Part shown: in pieces, positions 41,643 through 50,258 of the stretch
How positions within the stretch are numbered: position 1 is the stretch's first letter
Layout: each line of letters begins with the position of its first letter
Origin: Acidimicrobiaceae bacterium
Lineage (GTDB): Bacteria > Actinomycetota > Acidimicrobiia > Acidimicrobiales > JAUTXP01
DNA length: 64,000 nucleotides
Direction: 5' to 3'
Assembly (NCBI GenBank): GCA_030837965.1
Contig: JAUTXP010000021.1
Location: 14,844-78,843 of the forward strand
Notes under the pieces: model-generated
The model's input: only the letters and a program-made list of their open reading frames with translations
Database searches by the model: none
What the model was told of the DNA's origin: nothing
Translations under genes and position numbers: made by a program

Positions 41643-43091
41643 ATGCTCGACTTGCTCGCCGGCTTCATCCAAGAGCTGCGCACCGCGGGGCTGCCGGTCA
41701 GCCTGACCGAGAACCTCGACGCCATGGAGGCGGTCAAGCACATCCCCCTCGAGGACCGCGAGGCCTTCAAGTACGCGCTGGCCGCAACCCTGGTGAAGTC
41801 CAACGCCCACTGGAAGGCGTTCGAGACCGTGTTCGAGGTCTACTTCTCGATGCGCGGTCCCGAGTACGACATCAAGCAGGACGGTGAGGGCGAGGGCCTG
41901 GACGACGCCGAGCTGCAGGCCCTGCTCCAGGCCATGCAGGGCGACCGCCCCGCGGGCCAGGGCGGGGGCATGGACGGGCTGACGCCGGAAGAGCTGGCCG
42001 AGATGCTCTACAAGGCGCTGATGAACGCGGACGAGGCCATGATCCGCGCCTTGGCCCGACAGGCCGTGACCCGCTACTCGGGCATGGAGCCGGGCAGGCC
42101 GGTGGGGGGCACGTACTACCTCTACCGAACCCTCCGACAGCTCGACTTGGAGGGGATGCTCCAGCGCATGATGGACGCCGAGCGCCAGTCGGCCCAGGAC
42201 GGCGGCGGGCTGACGCCGTTGGAGGAGCGGCTGGCGCGCGACGAGTACGAGGTCAGGCTGGACAAGCTGCGCAAGGAGATCGAGGCCGAGATCCGCAGGC
42301 GGCTCGTGGCCGACCGCGGCACCGAGGCCATGGCCAAGACGTTGCGCAAGCCGCTGCCCGAGGACATCGACTTCATGCACGCAACCCGCGAGGAGCTGAC
42401 CGCACTGCGCCGGGCCTTGCAGCCGCTCACCCGCAAGCTGGCCGTGCGGCTGGCCCGCAAGCGCAGGCATGGTCGCAAGGGGCCGCTCGACTTCCGCAAC
42501 ACCGTGCGCCACTCGCTGTCCTACGGCGGCGTGCCTGCCGAGCCCAAGTTCCGCTACCCCCGCCCGTCCAAGCCCGAGATCATGGTCATCGCCGACATCT
42601 CGGGATCGGTGGCCGCCTTCGCCCGCTTCACCCTGCAACTCGTCTACGCCATCTCGTCGCAGTTCTCCAAGGTCCGCGCCTTTGTGTTCATCGACGGGAT
42701 CGACGAGGTCACTCGCTACTTCGAGGGCGTGGAGGACATCACCGACGCCGTGCACCGCGTGAACACCGAGGCCGACGTCATCTGGGTCGACGGCCACTCC
42801 GACTACGGGCACGCCTTCGAGGTCTTCTGGGAGCGGTGGGGCAAGGAGATCACCACCAAGACAACCGTGCTGCTGCTCGGCGACGCCCGCAACAACTACC
42901 ACGCCTCGCAGGCCTGGGTCGTGCAGGAGCTGCGCAAGCGGGCCCGCCACGTCTACTGGCTCAACCCCGAGCCGCGGTCCTACTGGGACACGGGCGACTC
43001 GATCGTGTCCGAGTACGCCACCTTCTGCGACGGGGCCTTCGAGTGCAGGAACCTCAAGCAGTTGGAGCGCTTCGTGGAGCACTTGGGCTAG
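41643..43091 (+). CDS. VWA-domain protein of the CoxE type
   Basis: The N-terminus MLDLLAGFIQELRTAGLPVSLTENLDAMEAV is typical of CoxE-like proteins. The C-terminal VWA region reads IMVIADISGSV ... LLLGDARNN. Confidence 0.8.
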   Translation: MLDLLAGFIQELRTAGLPVSLTENLDAMEAVKHIPLEDREAFKYALAATLVKSNAHWKAFETVFEVYFSMRGPEYDIKQDGEGEGLDDAELQALLQAMQGDRPAGQGGGMDGLTPEELAEMLYKALMNADEAMIRALARQAVTRYSGMEPGRPVGGTYYLYRTLRQLDLEGMLQRMMDAERQSAQDGGGLTPLEERLARDEYEVRLDKLRKEIEAEIRRRLVADRGTEAMAKTLRKPLPEDIDFMHATREELTALRRALQPLTRKLAVRLARKRRHGRKGPLDFRNTVRHSLSYGGVPAEPKFRYPRPSKPEIMVIADISGSVAAFARFTLQLVYAISSQFSKVRAFVFIDGIDEVTRYFEGVEDITDAVHRVNTEADVIWVDGHSDYGHAFEVFWERWGKEITTKTTVLLLGDARNNYHASQAWVVQELRKRARHVYWLNPEPRSYWDTGDSIVSEYATFCDGAFECRNLKQLERFVEHLG

Positions 43092-43735
43092 TGGCCGAGA
43101 AGGCGCACGGCACCAGGCTCCTCCTCATCCGCCATGGCGAGAGCCAAGTGACGGTGGACCAGGTCGTGGGCGGCCACCGCGGCTGCACCGGGCTTTCGCC
43201 GCTCGGGCGCAAGCAGGCCGAGCTGTTGCGAGAGCGGCTGGCCCGCACGGGCGAGGTGCCGGACCCCGCGGCCCTCTACGCCAGCGTGCTGCCCCGCGCC
43301 ATCGAGACGGCCGAGATCATCGCCCCCGCGTTGGGCGACTTGCCTGTGCAGCAGGACTGCGGCGTGTGCGAGGTCCACCCCGGCGAGGCGGACGGCTTGA
43401 CGTGGCAGGAGTTCAGCGACCGCTTCGGCGTGCCCGCGCCGGGCGAGCACTACCGGCCGTGGGCGCCGGGCGCCGAGAGCTGGTCGTCGTTCGTGGCGCG
43501 CGTGGGTGTCACCATCCTCGACCTGGTCGAGCGCCACGCCGGTCAGACCGTGGTCGTGGCGTGCCACGGCGGTGTGATCGACGCCGCCTTCGTCGTGCTG
43601 GGCGGGTTGCCGGTGCGCAGGCCCTTCGACACCTTTGTGACCAACACGGCCATCACCGAGTGGGCCGAGGCGCCGTCTGGCCGCTGGGCCTTGCTGCGCT
43701 ACAACGACGCCGCCCATCTGGCCGGCCTGTCGTGA
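43091..43735 (+). CDS. Histidine phosphatase family protein (phosphoglycerate-mutase-like)
   Basis: RLLLIRHGES motif, later CHGGVI. The GTG overlaps the upstream TAG. Confidence 0.8.
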   Translation: MAEKAHGTRLLLIRHGESQVTVDQVVGGHRGCTGLSPLGRKQAELLRERLARTGEVPDPAALYASVLPRAIETAEIIAPALGDLPVQQDCGVCEVHPGEADGLTWQEFSDRFGVPAPGEHYRPWAPGAESWSSFVARVGVTILDLVERHAGQTVVVACHGGVIDAAFVVLGGLPVRRPFDTFVTNTAITEWAEAPSGRWALLRYNDAAHLAGLS

Positions 43736-44544
43736 GCGACGCGGCCATGACCGACGTCGACGCGCTCTTCACGACCGAGGGCGCCGACGTGTTCATGCCT
43801 GGCCCGCGCGCCCGAGGGCCATGGGACGCGAATGCGCTGCACGGCGGTCCAGTGGCCGCGTTGCTGACCAGGCTGGTCGAACAGCTTCCCGCCGACGGGC
43901 CCATGCAGGTGGCGCGGGTGACGGTCGAGTTGCTGCGCCCCGCGCCGGTGGCGCTCCTGCGAGCCACGTCGAGCGTGCTGCGGCCCGGTCGCAAGCTGCA
44001 ACTGCTGGGCGCGTCGTTGTGGGCGGGCGAGACCGAGGTGGCCAGGGCGGTGGCCGTGCGCATCCGCTCGCTCGACCTGTCCATCCCCACCCTTCCCGCC
44101 GATGCCGCGGGCGAGCCCGCGCCCGCGCTCCCCGCGGTGCAGGCCAAGCAGCGGCGCACGGGGGACTGGGACGCGTTCCACAACGAAGGCGTGGAGATGC
44201 GCTTCGTCAAGGGCTACTTCCAAGACAGCGGGCCGGCCACGGTGTGGATGCGACTGTGCCAGCCGGTGGTGGCGGGCGAGGCGCCCACGCAGACCCAGCG
44301 GGCCATGGCCGTGGCCGACTTCGGCAACGGGGTCAGCTCCATCATCTCCTGGGACGACCACGTCTTCATCAACCCCGAGCTGACCGTCCATCTGGTTCGG
44401 CCGCCGACGGGCGAGTGGGTGTGTCTCGACGCGCACACGTACATCCCGCCGAACTCCGGCGTGGGCCTGGCCGAGAGCGCGTTGTACGACGAGCACGGGC
44501 GAATCGGGCGAGCGGTGCAGGCCCTTCTGGTTGACCGCCGCTGA
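43732..44544 (+). CDS. Thioesterase-superfamily (acyl-CoA thioesterase-like) protein
   Basis: Double hot-dog-like layout (GPWDANALHGGPVAALL ... AVADFGNGVS ... ESALYDEHGRIGRAVQALLV). The start could be GTG 43732 or ATG 43747. Confidence 0.65.
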   Translation: MSDAAMTDVDALFTTEGADVFMPGPRARGPWDANALHGGPVAALLTRLVEQLPADGPMQVARVTVELLRPAPVALLRATSSVLRPGRKLQLLGASLWAGETEVARAVAVRIRSLDLSIPTLPADAAGEPAPALPAVQAKQRRTGDWDAFHNEGVEMRFVKGYFQDSGPATVWMRLCQPVVAGEAPTQTQRAMAVADFGNGVSSIISWDDHVFINPELTVHLVRPPTGEWVCLDAHTYIPPNSGVGLAESALYDEHGRIGRAVQALLVDRR

Positions 44545-44554
44545 GCATTTCTCC

Positions 44555-44603
44555 CGTCTGGAGGACATACCCTGCGGTTTGCGCGTGTTCTGTCCTCCAG
44601 ACG
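44555..44603. terminator. Hairpin, family A copy 2 (CGTCTGGAGGACA ... TGTCCTCCAGACG)
   Basis: A 13-bp perfect inverted repeat at 44555-44567 and 44591-44603. The loop contains CCTGCGGTTTGCG, similar to the copy 1 loop. It lies 10 nt after the stop at 44544. Confidence 0.55.
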
Positions 44604-44633
44604 TGTGTGTGTTGGGGAGGGGAGGGCCTGGTG

Positions 44634-45119
44634 ATGGCCAAGCTGTCGGGTCTGGTGTCGTTTCCGAATCCAGTGAACGAGGTGTCGGCGCGGGTCGTGG
44701 CCGGCGGCGTGGTGCTCATGGCCTTGGCCGGACTGCTGCTGCGTCAGCCCCTGGTGTTGGTGCCGCTGGCCTACGGGTTCTGGGCCCGGGTGCTGACCGG
44801 CCCCAAGCTCAGCCCGCTGGGCCAGTTGGCCACGCGGGTGGTCACCCCGGCCTTGCCTGCCGAGCCCAAGCCGGTGCCCGGTCCGCCCAAGCGATTCGCC
44901 CAGGGCATTGGCGCGGCGCTGACCACGGTGGGGCTGGTGTTGGCCTTGGCCGGGGTCGCGGCGGGCGCCTACGTGGTGTTGGGCGTGATGGTCGTGTTCG
45001 CCACGCTCGAGTCGGTGTTCGGGCTGTGCGTGGGCTGCAAGGTCTTCGCCCTGTTGATGCGCCTCGGCCTCATCCCTGAAGACGTGTGCGAGGCCTGCAA
45101 CAACCTGTCACTGCGCTGA
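44634..45119 (+). CDS. DUF4395-like membrane protein
   Basis: FPNPVNEVSAR, several TM helices, and C-terminal ...ESVFGLCVGCKVF...CEACNN. GGGGAGGGGAGGG lies upstream of ATG 44634. Confidence 0.7.
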   Translation: MAKLSGLVSFPNPVNEVSARVVAGGVVLMALAGLLLRQPLVLVPLAYGFWARVLTGPKLSPLGQLATRVVTPALPAEPKPVPGPPKRFAQGIGAALTTVGLVLALAGVAAGAYVVLGVMVVFATLESVFGLCVGCKVFALLMRLGLIPEDVCEACNNLSLR

Positions 45120-45150
45120 GCGGGCCGACTGCGCCGACCGCGCCGCGGCC

Positions 45151-46416
45151 TCAGCCGCCCGCGGGACCGAGGATCATGCCCGCGCCGGCAGTGGCATCGG
45201 TGGCCTCGTCGATGAGGATGAACGAGCCCGTGGCCCGGTTGCGGCGGTAGGGGTCGAACAGCAACGGCGACGTGGTCTTGATCACCACCCGCCCGATCTC
45301 GTTCATGGCCAGCGAGTCGGCCGCCACCTCTTCGTGGGTGTTGATGTCGAGCCGGTGCTCGAGTGAACGGATCACGCCCCGCACGGCGCGCGTCGTGTGC
45401 TTGATCCCGTACTTGGCCCCGACGGCCATGGGCCGATCGGCGAACCAGCACACCACCGCGTCCACCTCTTGCGACACCGTCGGCTCGTCGCCCACCAGGC
45501 AGAGCATGTCGCCCCTGCTGATGTCGATCTCGTCCGTGAGCCGCACGGTGATCGACATAGGCGCAAAGGCTTGGGTCACCGGGCCTTCGAACGTGTCGAT
45601 GGACAGGATCTGCGAGCGCTGCCCGCCGGGCAGGGCCACCACCTCGTCGCCCGGATGGAGCACCCCGCCCGCGACCTGGCCCGCATACCCGCGGTAGTCG
45701 GTGTCGTGGTCGCGAATCACGTACTGCACGGGAAAACGCGATTCAGTGTGGTTGTGGCTCGACGCCACGTCGACATGCTCCAAGTGGTGCAGCAGCGTGG
45801 GCCCGTCGTACCAGGGCATGTTGGCCGACGGGTCGACCACGTTGTCGCCGAGCAGCGCGGAGATGGGGATGGGCGTGACCTCGGCGATGTCGAGGCCTTC
45901 GGCGAAGGCCAGGAACTCGTCCACGATCTCCTTGAACACCACCTCGTCCCAGCCGACCAGGTCCATCTTGTTGACGGCCAGGACCACGTGCGGGATGCCG
46001 AGCAGCGAGGCGATGAAGGCGTGGCGGCGGGACTGCTCCAATACGCCCTTGCGGGCGTCGACCAGAACGACGGCCAAGTCCGCCGTCGACGCGCCCGTCA
46101 CCATGTTGCGCGTGTACTGAAGATGGCCCGGCGTGTCGGCGATGATGAACTTGCGGCGGGGGGTGGCGAAGTAGCGATAGGCCACGTCGATGGTGATGCC
46201 CTGCTCGCGCTCGGCCCGCAGCCCGTCGGTGAGCAGGGCCAGGTTCACGTCCTCGTGGCCGCGGAACTGGGACCACTGCTCGACGGCCGCGAGCTGGTCC
46301 TCGAAGATGGCCTTGGAGTCGTGGAGCAGCCGGCCGATGAGGGTCGACTTGCCGTCGTCTACGGAGCCGGCGGTGGCGAATCTGAGGAGTTCCAATAGGG
46401 AATTGCCTTTCAGCAT
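45151..46416 (-). CDS. cysN: Sulfate adenylyltransferase subunit 1 (GTPase)
   Basis: LLRFATAGSVDDGKSTLIGRLL, DTPGH, and NKMD. No APS-kinase domain. Confidence 0.92.
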   Translation of the reverse strand: MLKGNSLLELLRFATAGSVDDGKSTLIGRLLHDSKAIFEDQLAAVEQWSQFRGHEDVNLALLTDGLRAEREQGITIDVAYRYFATPRRKFIIADTPGHLQYTRNMVTGASTADLAVVLVDARKGVLEQSRRHAFIASLLGIPHVVLAVNKMDLVGWDEVVFKEIVDEFLAFAEGLDIAEVTPIPISALLGDNVVDPSANMPWYDGPTLLHHLEHVDVASSHNHTESRFPVQYVIRDHDTDYRGYAGQVAGGVLHPGDEVVALPGGQRSQILSIDTFEGPVTQAFAPMSITVRLTDEIDISRGDMLCLVGDEPTVSQEVDAVVCWFADRPMAVGAKYGIKHTTRAVRGVIRSLEHRLDINTHEEVAADSLAMNEIGRVVIKTTSPLLFDPYRRNRATGSFILIDEATDATAGAGMILGPAGG

Positions 46417-46487
46417 CGACGGCGGCCGGCTCTGCCGGTCGGCGGCGATTCGTCATGTCTCGCTTCGCAACCCTGGTTGCGAAGCGA

Positions 46488-47426
46488 CTAGAAGTAGCCC
46501 TCGCGCTTGCGGTCTTCCATGGCCGCTTCCGAGAACTTGTCGTCGGCGCGGGTGGCGCCTCGCTCGGTGATGCGGGTGGCGGCCACCTCGGCCAGGATCT
46601 CCTCGATGGTGGTGGCGGCCGAGCGCACCGCGCCCGTGCAGCTCATGTCGCCCACCGTGCGGTAGCGCACCTGCTCGACGAAGGTGGGCTCGTCGGCCTG
46701 GGCCGGGGTGACGGCGCTCACCGACAGCAGCATGCCGTCGCGCTCGAAGACCTCGCGCTTGTGGGAGAAGTAGATGGACGGGACTTCGAGATCCTCGCGG
46801 GCGATGTACTGCCACACGTCCAGCTCGGTCCAGTTGGAGATGGGGAAGGCCCGAATGTGCTCGCCCTTGCGGATGCGCCCGTTGTAGAGCGACCACAGCT
46901 CGGGGCGCTGGTTCTTCGGGTCCCACTGGCCGAAGTCGTCTCGGAACGAGAACACCCGCTCCTTGGCCCTGGCCTTCTCCTCGTCCCGACGGGCGCCGCC
47001 GAAGCAGGCGTCGAACTGGTGCTCCTCGATGGCCCGCAACAGCGTGGTGGTCTGGAGCCGGTTGCGCGATGCCCGGGGCCCGGTCTCCTCGGCCACCCGG
47101 CCCGCGTCGATGTCGTCCTGCACCGACGCGACGATCAGCCGCTCGCCCAACTCGGCCACCCGGCGGTCCCGGAACTCCAACGCCTCAGGGAAGTTGTGGC
47201 CGGTGTCGACGTGCATGATCGGGAACGGGAACTTGCCAGGCCGGAAGGCCTTCTCGGCCAGGCGCAGCAGCACGATCGAGTCCTTGCCCCCGCTGAACAG
47301 CAGCACGGGCCGCTCGAACTCGGCCGCCACCTCCCGCATGATGAAGATGGCCTCGGCCTCCAAGGAGTCGAGATGGGACAGCTCGTAGGCATGGTCCCTG
47401 GTGATCGGGGGCGCAGTCAGCGTCAT
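46488..47426 (-). CDS. cysD: Sulfate adenylyltransferase subunit 2
   Basis: LSHLDSLEAEAIFIMREVAAEFERPVLLFSGGKDS..., and the C-terminal MEDRKREGYF. Confidence 0.92.
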   Translation of the reverse strand: MTLTAPPITRDHAYELSHLDSLEAEAIFIMREVAAEFERPVLLFSGGKDSIVLLRLAEKAFRPGKFPFPIMHVDTGHNFPEALEFRDRRVAELGERLIVASVQDDIDAGRVAEETGPRASRNRLQTTTLLRAIEEHQFDACFGGARRDEEKARAKERVFSFRDDFGQWDPKNQRPELWSLYNGRIRKGEHIRAFPISNWTELDVWQYIAREDLEVPSIYFSHKREVFERDGMLLSVSAVTPAQADEPTFVEQVRYRTVGDMSCTGAVRSAATTIEEILAEVAATRITERGATRADDKFSEAAMEDRKREGYF

Positions 47427-48076
47427 ACGTGGAGTCCACATTCGGTCTTGTCGGTACCGGCCCAGCGGCCCGAACGGGGATGTTGGCCAGGCGCGACCGG
47501 CACCGTGCACGGTGCGCACCCGATGGACAGATAGCCCTTGGCCACCAAGGGGTTGACGGGCACGTCGTGGTCGGCCGCGTAGCCGTACACGTCGTCGTCC
47601 GTCCATGCGGCCAAGGGGTTCAGCTTCACCAGGCCGCGCCTGTCGCGGCCCACGACCGGCACTTGGACGCGGGTGACGGCGTCGACCCGCTTCAGCGCGG
47701 TGATCCAGCCCTGGCGCCCGACGAGGGCGTCGTCCAGGCCCGCCACCTTGGCGGCCTCGCAGCAGTGCTCGGGGTCGAGCTCCTTCCAGTTCTGCTCGTC
47801 CTTCTTCACCACGCGCACCTTGATGCCGTACTTGTCCTCCACCGCCCGCAGGGTGTCCCAGGTCTCGGTGAAGTGCAGGCCGGTGTCGATGAAGAACACG
47901 TCGATGTTGGGATCGACCTGATGAGCGATGTCGATGAGAACGGCGTCCTGCATGGACGACGCCACCGTCAACGACGACCCGAACTGCTCGACGGCCCAAG
48001 CCACCACCTTGGAGACAGGGGCGCGCTCGAACTCCTCGTTGAGGGCGGCCAGGTCGGTGTCGGTGATGGTGCTCAC
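47423..48076 (-). CDS. cysH: Phosphoadenosine/adenosine phosphosulfate reductase
   Basis: DTGLHFTETW, C-terminal KTECGLH, and a CC...CAPC cluster. Overlaps both neighbours. Confidence 0.88.
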   Translation of the reverse strand: MSTITDTDLAALNEEFERAPVSKVVAWAVEQFGSSLTVASSMQDAVLIDIAHQVDPNIDVFFIDTGLHFTETWDTLRAVEDKYGIKVRVVKKDEQNWKELDPEHCCEAAKVAGLDDALVGRQGWITALKRVDAVTRVQVPVVGRDRRGLVKLNPLAAWTDDDVYGYAADHDVPVNPLVAKGYLSIGCAPCTVPVAPGQHPRSGRWAGTDKTECGLHV

Positions 48077-49893
48077 GTGCCCGCGCACTCCCCGACGCCG
48101 ACCTCGCCGGTGAAGGGCCCCTGCTCGTCGAAGTCGACGTAGTAGTCGGGGCGCTCGTCCGGCGTGGGGAACTCGTCCAAGTCCTTCAGCAGTTCGGCGA
48201 CGGCCTTGGGGCCTCCGCTGCGATCGAGCCAGGACCGGAACGACTCGCCGCCCGAGCGCTCGTCGGCGAAGCGGCCGATCACCCGCACTGCGGCCTGGCC
48301 CGCGGCCTTGGCGGGCAGGCGCATGGCCTTCTCGCCGAACTCGATCTGGGTCTGGCCCACGTAGCCGCCGAGCATGAGCTGATAGCCCGGGGCGGACTGG
48401 CCGTGCGCCCGTCGCTCGACACCGAGGAAGCCGAGGTCCGAGATGTGGTGCTGGCCGCACGAGTTGGTGCAGCCCGAGATGTTGATGCGGATGCCGCCCA
48501 CCTCGGCCAGCCCCGCGTCCTCCAAGGCCTGTCCGATGTCCGAGGCCAGGCCCCGGCTCTGGGTGACGGCCAGGTTGCAGGTGTCCGCGCCCGGGCACGA
48601 GACCACGTCCCTGGCCAATTCGGCGCCTGCCTCGGCCATGCCGATGGCCGCCAGGCGGGCGTGCAGTTCGGGAAGCTGGGCCTCGGTCAGGCCGCGGAAC
48701 ACGACGTTCTGCCGGTTGGTGACGCGCACCTCGACGTCGAACTCGCGTTGGATCTGGGCCAGGCCTCGGAATTGGTCCGACGTGACGTCGCCCAGCCTGG
48801 CGTAGGCGTAGGCCGACACCGTCCCCTTGGCCACGCCGCGAACCACGTTGGCCGTCTCCCACTTCTGGTACGGCGACTCGCCGTTGAGGCGGAGCTTCAC
48901 CGGCACGCCGACCGGCGTGGGCGCCACCGCGGTGGACACGCCCGCAGGCGCGTCGCCCACCTCCTGCACGTACGGCGGGATGCCGCCCGGCCACGACGAC
49001 GAGCCCACGAGGAACCGCCGCTCCTTGAACACCCGCTCGCGCAGCTCGTCCACGCCCATGGTGTCGACCAGCCACTTCATGCGGGCACGCAGCTTGTTGT
49101 CGCGGTTGCCGTAGTGGTCGAAGACGCGCAGGACGGCCTCGATGGTTTGGAGCAAGTCCTCGCGGGGCGTGAACTCCTCGAGGGCCTGAGCCGGGTGCGG
49201 GTTGGCGCCCAAGCCGCCTGCGAAGAAGACGCGAAAGCCTGGTTCCAGCGTGCCGTCCGGGCGGGGGCGGGCCACCGCCATCACGCCCACGTCGTTGAAC
49301 ATGGCCTGTCCGCAGTCCGTGGTGCAGCCCGAGAAGTTGATCTTGAACTTGCGGGGCATGCGCTGGGCGATGGGGTTGCGTAGGAAGTGCCGGAACGTGG
49401 CCTCGGCCCATGGGCTGATGTCGAGCACCTCGAACGGGCAGGCCCCGGCCAGGTGGCAGCCGGTCACGTTGCGCACGGTGTCGCCGCACGCCTCGCGCGT
49501 GGTCAGCCCGACCGACGCCATGTCCCGCATGACGGCGGGCACCTGCTCCAACTGCACGAAGTGGAACTGGATGTTCTGGCGGGTGGTGATGTGGCCCCAG
49601 CCCCGCGAGTACGTGTCCGCGATGGAGCCCATCGTCTCGAGCTGCTCGGGGGTCAGCGAGCCGTACGGGACCTTGACCCGCAGCATCTGGTTGTGGCCGC
49701 CTTGGCGCTGGCCGTACACGCCGTTGTTCAGACGGAAGATGCGGAAGCGGTCCTCGTCCATGTCGCCGCGCAGGTAGGCGTCGAGCATGTGCTCGAACTT
49801 CACGATGTCGGCCAGCGCCGCGGGGTCGATCTCGCGGGCGACGGGTTCTTGGGTGACGGGTTCTTGCGTGACGGGTTCTTGCGTGACGGACAT
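48073..49893 (-). CDS. sir: Ferredoxin-dependent sulfite reductase (NirA/Sir family)
   Basis: Two nitrite/sulfite reductase repeats with the siroheme/4Fe-4S Cys cluster (SCPGADTC...GCTNSC). ATG 49893 follows GAGGAGG. The N-terminus has VTQEP x3. Confidence 0.9.
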   Translation of the reverse strand: MSVTQEPVTQEPVTQEPVAREIDPAALADIVKFEHMLDAYLRGDMDEDRFRIFRLNNGVYGQRQGGHNQMLRVKVPYGSLTPEQLETMGSIADTYSRGWGHITTRQNIQFHFVQLEQVPAVMRDMASVGLTTREACGDTVRNVTGCHLAGACPFEVLDISPWAEATFRHFLRNPIAQRMPRKFKINFSGCTTDCGQAMFNDVGVMAVARPRPDGTLEPGFRVFFAGGLGANPHPAQALEEFTPREDLLQTIEAVLRVFDHYGNRDNKLRARMKWLVDTMGVDELRERVFKERRFLVGSSSWPGGIPPYVQEVGDAPAGVSTAVAPTPVGVPVKLRLNGESPYQKWETANVVRGVAKGTVSAYAYARLGDVTSDQFRGLAQIQREFDVEVRVTNRQNVVFRGLTEAQLPELHARLAAIGMAEAGAELARDVVSCPGADTCNLAVTQSRGLASDIGQALEDAGLAEVGGIRINISGCTNSCGQHHISDLGFLGVERRAHGQSAPGYQLMLGGYVGQTQIEFGEKAMRLPAKAAGQAAVRVIGRFADERSGGESFRSWLDRSGGPKAVAELLKDLDEFPTPDERPDYYVDFDEQGPFTGEVGVGECAGT

Positions 49894-49904
49894 GGGCAAC
49901 CTCC

Positions 49905-50000
49905 TCAGACGAGGACCAGCGTGAGCCCGCTCGCCACCGGCAGGGCGAACAGGGTGGCACGGACGAGGCCGGCAACAGCGATCAGCGGGTCGAGATGCAA
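49905..50000 (-). CDS. Possible 31-aa hydrophobic leader peptide upstream of sir
   Basis: The TTG start lies 9 nt after GGAG. The product is (M)HLDPLIAVAGLVRATLFALPVASGLTLVLV. GC3 is high by hand count. The stop TGA is embedded in the sir SD (TGAGGAGG). It is below the size shown in the ORF track and is speculative. Confidence 0.25.
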   Translation of the reverse strand: MHLDPLIAVAGLVRATLFALPVASGLTLVLV

Positions 50001-50258
50001 AGGACGGTGCTCCAGGCTCCGGAGGGACGACGACGGGACGGGTGGGTCAGTCGGTCGGGTCAGCGGATGCCGCGACAGATGGTGTCGTGCACCATGTGGG
50101 GGGTGGCGCCCATGGCGACCGAGGGCGCGCCGAGGAGGCGTCGCACGTCGGTGGCATTCGGAACCCGTTCCACCGGCCCAGGGTACCGAATGCTGAGTAA
50201 TCCGATCAAGTTTTCAGATTTTCCCAATTTTGCTGCCCCCGTGGGCGCAGGCCAGGCG

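Noticed and set aside
49894-50258. Possible SAM or other sulfur-responsive riboswitch in the sir leader.
   Set aside because: I could not match the sequence to any riboswitch consensus I know (SAM-I, SAM-II or SAM-IV cores, or a B12 box). Only a generic hairpin is visible. The question is left open as a finding to be scanned with Rfam.
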